Assembly (NCBI RefSeq): GCF_009914755.1
Contig: NC_060931.1
Strand: one strand, 5' to 3'
Length of the DNA stretch: 64,000 nucleotides
From: the human T2T-CHM13v2.0 reference genome, Homo sapiens
Shown one piece after another: positions 52,016 through 64,000 of the stretch. The translations under genes were made by a program, and so were the position numbers. The first letter of the stretch is position 1, and every line of letters starts with the position of its first letter. The notes under the pieces were generated by a model, which searched no databases, was not told the origin of the DNA, and was given only the letters and a program-made list of their open reading frames with translations.

Positions 52016-52602
52016 TTACCTACTTCTAATACTCTATGTAAATTTGCAAATTTGTTTTTCACCTATCTCTCCCAACTAAAGGGTAAGCAAGGGCAGGGCT
52101 GTTGTTTCATTCTCTGATGTATCCCAGGTGCCTAGAACATTGCATGGAACATAATGGGCACTCATGCTCTTTGTGGAATGAATTAACAAGCTGTATTCAG
52201 GTAAACAAACTTGGAATCTATTTTGAAGATTGATTTCTAAATGAGCTTCCTATGGTGCATGTGCAATGCCAAAGATCTTCCCAAAAGTTGTTCTTTTAAG
52301 TTGAATAGAGATGATCTCCCTTCCACAATATCATTTATTTTAATAAACTGATTAGCCAACTGTCTTTTCTCCCCAAAGATATTTAAAGGTAAACTTTAGC
52401 TGAAACTTAGGTCAACTTCTCTTTAATTCCTAATGAACATACTTTGAATTAATGAGATAGACCAACTCCTAATTAATTGCTGGTAGACTCTGTAGCACTG
52501 CGATTTATCCAACATGAGCTAAAAGCTATAGCTTATCATCAGGATATGGAAAGACAAGAAGTAATAACACTGACTCTAGGTCAGATAAGTTGCTAGGCTT
52601 AA

Positions 52603-53070
<468 letters not shown>

Positions 53071-53404
53071 CATCCCATATGTTATTTTAAGCTTCAAATT
53101 TCTCATTTGTGATATGTAGTAAGAGTACTTATGTACAGAGTTGTGACAATTAAAAATAATATATATATAATGCAGAATACATATGTAATATATATAACAC
53201 AGAATACAGCTTTCATTTATTATATATATATATATATAATACAGCTTTCTTTTATTTAACATATATAATGCAGAATGCAGTTTTCATTATGGCTGTACTT
53301 AGGAATGATGATGCGACTTTTCCCATGGGGAATAATCACAGCTGCTCCAGTTGGATGACAGCAATAAGTTCTACAGAGGTGAGTTAGTTGGAGTAGTCAC
53401 ATTA

Positions 53405-53760
<356 letters not shown>

Positions 53761-54029
53761 AGAGTTGACCTTACGAACTCTCACTAGTCAAATTTGAGGC
53801 AAGTTGATCATGAAAATGTTGTTTGTATGGTTGTATAAAAATGATAGTTTTTTTTGCAAAGCAAAAGCCATGCTTTCAAAGTGATTTAAAAAGTTGGGGA
53901 AGGGAAGAAAGGAGGCGAGAATGCCAGCTAATAAATGTTGAGAAAATGATGATGCTTAAGAAAAACACTGTTGTGCAATCCCCAAGGGTCATCTGTAGAT
54001 GATAAAGCCATTATGTGAAAGGTTAATGG

Positions 54030-54436
54030 ATATTAGGGCTCGAATCATGTCCCCCCAAAAAGATATGTTGAAGTCCTAATCCCTAGCACCCCAGAATGTG
54101 CCCTTATTTGGAAACAGCATTGGGGCACAAATAATTAGTCAAGATACTGGAGTAGGGTGGGCTCCTAATCCAATCTGACTGCTGTCCTTATAAGAAGACC
54201 AGGGAGAACCTCATGTGAAGATCAAGGCTGGATTGAGGCGTTGTAGCTGCAAGCCAAGGAATGCCTAGGGCTACCAGAGGCTGGAATAGGCAAGGATTTT
54301 CCCCTGCAGGTTTCAGAGGGAGCATGGCCCTGCCAACACATTCTTTTCCTACTTCCAGCTTCCAGACAATACATTTCTGTTTTTTAAGCCACCCAGTTTG
54401 TGAGTACTTTGTTACCATAGCTCCAGGAAACTAATG
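54030..54436 (+). mobile_element. MLT1B/C-like solo LTR
   Basis: gtccccccaaaaagatatgttgaagtcctaa...ccaggaaactaat. Confidence 0.8.
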
Positions 54437-54621
54437 GGGAACAGGACTGACACAGTGCACCAAAGCATCATCCCACATATATAAAAGATAGAGCTCTCCA
54501 AACGAGGGATTTGTTAGTTACCACTTAATCAAGTTTCAAGCTTAACAGCACTAATAGTGGGACAACCCGACATTGTATATCTCCTGATATGATGCAGTAA
54601 GAGGTACACAATATCACTTTG

Positions 54622-55037
54622 ATAGACTGATTGCAATAGGAGGTTGAGTTTATTTCGCTACCACTTACCTCTGGGCTGGCTTTGTCACTTGCTTTTGCCA
54701 ACATAATGCAGTTGAAGTGACAGAGTGCCAGCTGTAAACCTAGGCCTCAACAGAGGCTTCTACACTCTTTCAGACCCTGCCTTTTCCATGAGAACATGCC
54801 AGGGCTAGCTTGCTAAGTGTGAGAGGCTAATGGAACTGAGCCCAGCCATCCCAGCTGAGATCATCCCAGACTGACCAGCTCCTAGTCAACTTACCAAATG
54901 ACTTGGATGAATGAATCAGTGCAGCCAAAATCAGCTGAGCCCAGTCCAGAGCAGCAGAACTACCTAGCCAATGGTTCTTAATATTATGCCACTGAATTTT
55001 GGGATAGTTTGTTATGCAGTAATAGCTAATGGTTATA
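54622..55037 (+). mobile_element. MLT1G/H-like solo LTR
   Basis: cagctgagcccagtcc...ttttgggatagtttgttatgcagtaatagctaa. Confidence 0.65.
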
Positions 55038-55164
55038 GTCATCTATGTTGTAATTTTTGCATTAGTTTAAATGCAAACTGATCATGAGGAAACAATCAGA
55101 AAAATGTATAGTGAGAGACATTCTGCAAAACAACTGGACTAGATGCTACAAAAGAGTAAGTGCC

Positions 55165-55470
55165 TGGCAGGGCACCGTGGCTCACACCTATGTCCAACAC
55201 TTTGGAAGACTGAGGTGGAAGGATCACCTGAGGCCAGGAATTCCAGACCAGCCTGGGCAACATGGTGAGACCATCTCTACAAAAAATAAAAAATTAGCTG
55301 GGTGTAGTGGTGTGCACCTGTAGTACCAGCTACTCCAGAGGCTGAAGCAAGAGGATCACTTGAGACCAGGAGTTTGAGGCTGCAGTGAACTATGATCACG
55401 CCACTGCTCTCTAGCCTGGGCAATAGAGTGAGACCCTGTCTCTAAGTTAATTAATTAATAATAATAAAAG
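55165..55470 (+). mobile_element. AluJ-like
   Basis: Dimer. Confidence 0.85.
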
Positions 55471-55523
55471 TCAGTGTCATGAAAAGCAAATAAAGTAGGG
55501 AAATGGTTCTTGATAGTCTAGAA

Positions 55524-55713
55524 CAGGGTTTTTCAATTTAGGTATTAAATGACATTTGGGACTAGGTCATTCTTTGTTGTGGGGGGCTGTCCTGTGAATT
55601 CAGGCTCTTTAGCAGGCATCCCTGGTCTCTAGATACTAGATACCAGTAGCACCCCCAGTCATGACAATCAAAAATGTCTCCAAGCGTTGCTAAAAGTCTG
55701 TCTTGGGGCACTG
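55524..55713. mobile_element. MER20 (hAT-Charlie)
   Basis: CAG...CTG ends, 8-bp TSD gtctagaa/gactagag, ttctttgttgtggggggctgtcctgtg. Confidence 0.8.
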
Positions 55714-56771
55714 GACTAGAGAAACGGAATCAAATGCAATGTATGGACCTTGTTAATATCTTGGATCAAAGGCTATGTAAAAGACATTTGGTACGAATGA
55801 AGAAATCTGAATCTGAACTTAAAGATGTTATTATTGAATCACTGTTAATTTTCCCAGGCCTGAAAATGGAACTGTAGTAATGGAGGAAAATGCCCTTATT
55901 CTTAGGAGATGTATGCTGAATTATTTTAAGTGAATAACTGTAAAGTATTCAACTTACTTTCTAATGCTTCAACGGTTAAAAATGTATATTTACAGAAAGA
56001 GATAGAGCAAAAGTGAAAAAAGTGTTAATAATTGGTGAATCTAGGTGAAGCATATAGGCACATTCCCTTGTACTATTCTTCCATCTTTGTGGGTCTGAAA
56101 ATTTTCAAAATAAAAAATTGGGGAAAGAACGAGTTTATTGCATCTCTACTGCCTGGCTCTTCATTAATCTAACGTGATAGAAGGAGGAGGCTTGTTTTAA
56201 ATGAATCTGAGTGCTCATTTTGTGTTGCCTGGGAAATGAGCTAGCTCAAACCAGGTGTGGAGAGCTAGGGCTGAGGAAGGGGGCTTCTCTCAGCCTGAGA
56301 AACTGTACACAAGCTCATCTTCCCAAGGGACCACTGTCTTCCTTTCCCTTGTGTAACATTCCACAGGAACCAAAGTCTAGATGCTGGGCAGCTTGTGTGC
56401 GTTTCCCAGATATCTCTGGTAAACAGCTGACAATAAATTCCAGGCTGCCTGGTGCCAAGATAATCTGATTATTCCTTTCATGATAAGGCTGCTCTCACAC
56501 TTGCTACATACAAAAAAGAGACCCAAAGAAGGACAGAGTTCCCTTCCTTGGAACACAAACCATCTCGTGAGGCTAGCAGGTCACCCAGAGGACGACGGGA
56601 GGATGGGGTCCTTGTGCCTTCCCTTCTCTTAATGACTTTCCCTTTGTAAGTTTTCTCTTTCCACAGAAAAACCTAATTTCTTAACCTCTACCGTGTGACA
56701 GGGGAATTCAAATCAAGCTCTGGTGCATTAAAATGGCAACTGCAAAGAGACCTATTTTGCAAGAGAGCTAA

Positions 56772-56957
<186 letters not shown>

Positions 56958-57242
56958 TAAAACACAGGCAGAACTCAGAAACCAAAAACATAAATGCTGA
57001 TAAACACATTGTGTAAAACATTTAAAACCTTTATATGGTAAGAATAAAAATGACAACAACAACAAGAACACACCATGAATAGAGCCAAAGACAAATGACA
57101 CAGTAGAAAAAGTTGCAATCCAACAGAAAAAGTGCTTATTTCTTTATTTTACTAAAAGATCTTACAGTTTTATGAGGGAAAAAAGAAAAAAAAAAGGCAT
57201 AAAGAATAGGAACAAATATTTCATACAAATAGAGTGGCAAAA

Positions 57243-57545
<303 letters not shown>

Positions 57546-58362
57546 CACTTGAAAAAATACTTAGCTTCATTAGTGCTTAGAAAAATGCAGGTCACAACAG
57601 TGTGATACCATTTTTACCTATGAGTGACAAAAATTTTTAAATTCAATAAAACTTAGTTTTGGCAAAGTTACAGTGAAACTTACACTGTCGATGAATATAA
57701 AGGAACAACTTTTTTGGCGGTTACAATTTAGGAACATTAACCCAATCTTAAATGTACATATATTTTGATCCAGCAATTTCATTGAAAGGAATTTATCCTA
57801 CAGAGAGTCATACAAGTCCCCAATGACATGTGTATAAGGATATTGATGGAAATGTTGTTTATAATAATAGTGTAAGTAGAAATGATTTAAAGTTCATCAG
57901 TTAGGCAACAAATAAATTTATGGCCCATCCAATGATTAAAACATCTACATGTGCTATTATGGAAATATTTCTGCTATATTACTAAATGAACAAAGCAAGG
58001 TATAGGATGATATATATTATTTGCTCTGTGTAAAAATGGAGTCTATTTTATATATCTTAATATAGAAAAAATACACCAGAAATAATTAACAGTGCTTGCC
58101 TTGTGATAAGAGTGGGAACGAGATTTTTCCCTTCCATTTTAAATCAGTTTGAAGTTTCAATTTACAGTTGCCCCTTGAAGAACATGGGTTTGAATTGCAT
58201 GGGTCCACTTGTATCTGGATTTTTTAAAACCAAACTCAGATAAAAAAATACAGTAGTTGGCTCACACCTGTAATCCTAATTACTCGGGAAGCTAAAGTGT
58301 GAGGATTGCTTGATGCCAGGAGTTTGAGACCGGCATAAGCAACATAGCAAGACCCCATCTCT

Positions 58363-59190
<828 letters not shown>

Positions 59191-59644
59191 TTAGTATATA
59201 TAGGGGCCTTAGAACCACTCCCCCGAAGTCTACTGAGGGATGATACAATTTTTATTATGGTCATGTATTACTTTTACAATGGAAAAAAATGCACAGATTG
59301 TGCCTTGGAACAACTTTCAAAATGTCAATCAGTGCTCCTTATGATACTTTTGAAATAGGACAAGGTTGTGTGCAGGGTAAATTGTTTTTAGCTGGAGATG
59401 CGAATATGCAAATGGTACTCATCCATTGCAACTAGAAGTGTGAATTTTAGAACCTAGGAAGATTTGATCAGAGCAGTTACCAAGTTCATCCTTGAAGCAG
59501 CTCAGGTTCAGCCTTTAGCCAGACTCCTATTGGAAAGCCCAGCAAGGGAAAAATAATGTAATAGGAAATTTTCTTTCTCCTTCTCTTTCTTTGCCTCTTT
59601 GTGGAATTTCTTCAGGAACATGCAAGTTAAGATATACACATGAC

Positions 59645-60035
<391 letters not shown>

Positions 60036-60570
60036 TTAAAGCACCCAAGGTATTAATCTGAGAGGACAGCCTCTATCTGGGGAACATTTTTTTGTTCTCA
60101 GTGAAGTGGCACATTCAGTTCCTGGTGCAGGCTCACTCAATTTCCATTAGTCATTTCACAGCTGTATCTTGGGAAGAGAAAATTTCAAATACTTTTGGCT
60201 GATTTCACAAGTAAACAAAAAACAAGGCCTTCCCTCTTTTCTCACAGATCTTGTTTGTTTACAGTTTTCAAGTCAATAAAACACGCCTGTCTTTGTAGAT
60301 GTTTCTCCTAAGTGTGTTAGTTGTCTGCTGACCTATCTGCCTGGCTTCCACTCTACTCTTGTACCTAGATTTGTTGCCCTCATGTTGCAGGTGAATGCTG
60401 GACTACCCACTCTAGTTTGTTATTAAATCGATGGAGCAATTTTTGTTTGGTAGTTTAGTATTCTAAGGCTGTTCATGGACACCATTTAGAAACGAGGGTC
60501 AACTATCAAGCGAAATACTGAATCCGATCATAGGTTTGTTATTTTTTCAGTTGTTTAAGGGCATCAGATT

Positions 60571-60670
60571 AGCACTTTGGGAGGCCGAGGTAGGAGGAGC
60601 GCTTCATGCCAGGAGTTTGAGACCAGCTTGGGCAACAACAGCGAGATTCTGTCTCTATTGTTTATAAAAT
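60571..60670 (+). mobile_element. Truncated Alu monomer
   Basis: agcactttgggaggccgagg...ctgtctcta. Confidence 0.75.
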
Positions 60671-61175
60671 TAAAACTTTTGAAAGAGGATATTAGATGAG
60701 TACACAAATTTGTTATTATGGGGTCACTATGAATACTGAAGATGCACACACAGGGATCATTATTGTAGGGTGGTTTGTGACAGCTGGCCCTGTTTTAGTT
60801 ATTTCCTCAAGAAGACACTTGAACAATTATTGCAATGCCTCCTCTCTGTAATTACAATAATAATCATGATGATTTTGCAACTGAATATTCAATTCAGGGT
60901 GTATACACTCAACTACTGTTTTTAGCTTGTTTCTCTTTTTACATTGATGTCAGCTGCTGTTGTCAGAATTGAACAGAGAACCATTTTTCTGGTGAAGGTC
61001 AATGAACTACATGAAAAAAGGAATCTGGGGCCAATACAGGAAATTATAAGAAAAATAATTACAGTTAGGATTTAAGGAGTGCTAACTATGAGCTAGATTT
61101 TTTTCTCCTTGGAGAGAGAAATATAATATTTTCAGCACTTACCTGCTTTTAAAACTAATAGAATATCTCATTTAA

Positions 61176-61683
<508 letters not shown>

Positions 61684-62041
61684 TTAATAATTATAACTAT
61701 CTGACAATGCTTTTGCTTCATATTATAGTCAATTAAGGAGCTGGGAGTGGGAAAGATGATGAAGCAGAGAAGAGAGGTGTGTAATTGTGGGTAAGGGGGA
61801 GAGAATAGAGACTAAAGGAAAATAAGACACAGAAGGAATAGTGAGGTGCAGAGGCTAAGAAAGAAATACAAGAAATAGGTGCAATAAGAATGACAATGAC
61901 GAGGTTGGAGAGCAGGTGAAGGAGACGGCAGGCAGGAAGGGAGAGGAAGGGGAAGAGAAAAATGGCTGGAGAGTGGGGAGAGAGACAAGTTTGGAGGGTG
62001 GGAAAAAAAAGCATTTGTGTTTGTTTTTAAGATCAATGTGG

Positions 62042-62366
62042 GGCTGGGGGTGGTGGCTTATGCCTGTAATCCCAGCACTTTTGGAGGCCGAGGCAGGTGG
62101 ATCACTTGAGGCCAGGAGTTCAAGACCAGCCTGGCCAAGATGGCAAAACACTGTCTCTAGTTAAAAAAAAAAAAAAAAATCGCCAGGTGTGGTGGGGCAC
62201 ACCTGTAATAATCCCAGCTACTCCAGAGGCTAAGGCAGGAGAATCGCTTGAACTCCAGAGAAAGAGATTGCAGTGAGTTGAGATCACGCCACTGCACTCC
62301 AGTGTGAGGTGACACAGTGAGACCCTGTCTCAAAAAAAAAAAAAAACAACCAAAAAAAAAAAAAAG
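62042..62366 (+). mobile_element. AluS-like
   Basis: Dimer. Confidence 0.88.
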
Positions 62367-62669
62367 AATGTGGAATCTCTAGAGCGTGGCATTCATACCA
62401 CCATCACCTGTTGCTGGTTCTCTCTTTGAAATACTGATTAGCCACTGTTCATAACTCTGTAGGTATTCAAATCATTTTAATTGTAGACCTGATGGATACG
62501 GTGGGAAGGCAGAAATGGAAATCTTACAAGGTGGATGTTTATGCTGGCTGCCATTGCAGTATTTGGTTTCTTCATGCTGGCTTTTCGGGAGAAATTCCAA
62601 AGGGAGGAGGTGAGCTCAGCTGTCAGTTACTAGCAGCTTCCTGCCTTTTCTTATCCTAAGACTTAATGT

Positions 62670-62852
62670 GAGAAAGTCTCAATCTTGGCTGTACGTAGAC
62701 ATCTTTTGAGGAACGTACAAAAATGTTGATACCTATGGTAGATAAAAGAAAAGTTGATCCCTAGGCCCCACCCCTAATATGTAATTGGTTTGGGATGTGG
62801 GGTGAGGATTTTTAAAAGTTCCCCATGTGAAGCCAAGGGAGAGAACTGCTGC
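62670..62852. mobile_element. MER5-like hAT fossil
   Basis: tctcaatcttggctg...aggccccacccc...tttttaaaagttcccca...gagaactgctg. Confidence 0.5.
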
Positions 62853-64000
62853 TCAGAGGCTTCACTATAAATATGTTCACCAGAGAATCCCATTATAACA
62901 CTGATTATTTTGGGGGCTATGACATCAGTGAACTAAACATTCAGTTGGATGAAACTCAGCCAAAGGCCAGAGGTTCTCGACCTTTGTGCTATACATGTAG
63001 TAACTGGCATAGCTGTGAATTGCATGTGGAGCTGTGGGAAGAAAGAGATCCTCTTGAGGCTTATTTGGAACTCTGCAGGAAGAAAAGAAGTCATCAACAT
63101 AAGAAAGGTCTCTATTAAAAAATTATGTTCGAGAAATACTGAACTTGATTTTAACATTATGAGGGCATCTAGTGTCTCTTGGAAGGCAAACGTCAATTGT
63201 CCTTTTCAGACTAATCTGAAATCTGTCCAGGGAACCTGGAGAAATGGTTTGCTTCTTTTCTGCTTGTTTGTTAGGGTCTATAGCTCAGTTCATTCCTTGT
63301 CACGTAGGACAGCCCTGTGTTTTCTTGCCCTCTGACCTGCTCTCCAAACTTCCAGAATATGGTTCTTTTCAGGAGTGAAGTTATCTAGGATTTGCTATCA
63401 CCAGGCTCTCCTACCTCTGTCATTCCCCAGTTCTCTCTATTGCAGTAACACTGAAACTTATTTAACCTGCCCATCACCTGTGCTGATATTTTCAAGGGGA
63501 AGAGGTGGAGATAGAAGCTATCCCACCAGCCCCATCCTTTGATGCCAGGTAACATGTGCAATATTTCCATTTAGAGTGGCCTTCCGGAACCAAAACTCCC
63601 AATCTGGGAAGGGATTCTGATATGACAACTTTCATGTGAAATAGGAAAAGTTTAATTGACAATGCCACAGGGGCCAATACCTGTAGGAGGATGGGATTCT
63701 TTCTAGATGATTGTGCTACAGGGATAGCGTTCATTAGGAAGTGTGGTATTTGGCCTGTGGCCTTATGGAGATAATACTATTTCTATCGCCTCTATTATAT
63801 TTTACATTCCAACCCTTTCTGAATGCTCCATGTATATTAATTCATTTAGCACCTGACTACTCCATTGTGAGCTCCTCAATAACCAGGTGTACACCCAGCC
63901 CCTGACTCATGGGAGGTGACCTATAGATGTTCACTAAATAAATGGATGAAAGTTTAACCAATCCAAGTGGAAGCAGGGGGAAAATGAAAGGAACTACTTC

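Noticed and set aside
60420-60560. Possible C/D snoRNA or other small RNA
   Set aside because: No canonical box C or terminal stem, and no family recognised.

Overview
Repeat-dense primate DNA, probably human or great ape (it contains an AluYd-type element), and either intergenic or intronic. I recognise no intact protein-coding exon. The window holds about 55 Alu copies, several L1 fragments (old L1M and L1PB-like), MaLR/ERVL solo LTRs (THE1A, THE1D, MLT1, LTR33-like), DNA transposon fossils (Tigger3a, MER8, MER20, MER5, and a piggyBac MER75 that keeps the PGBD4 N-terminus) and a full-length RPL27 processed pseudogene. The main finding is at about 2.55-5.32 kb. After removing three Alus and the RPL27 retrocopy at their target-site duplications (TSDs), the remaining minus-strand sequence translates, through stops and frameshifts, into an ordered series of motifs matching the conserved core of paramyxovirus nucleoproteins (N). 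It is therefore a candidate ancient endogenous paramyxovirus-like N element, older than the AluJ copies inserted in it, and it carries a much younger 236-bp internal duplication. All family calls and viral alignments were made by eye against sequences recalled from memory and need RepeatMasker, HMM or tBLASTn confirmation.
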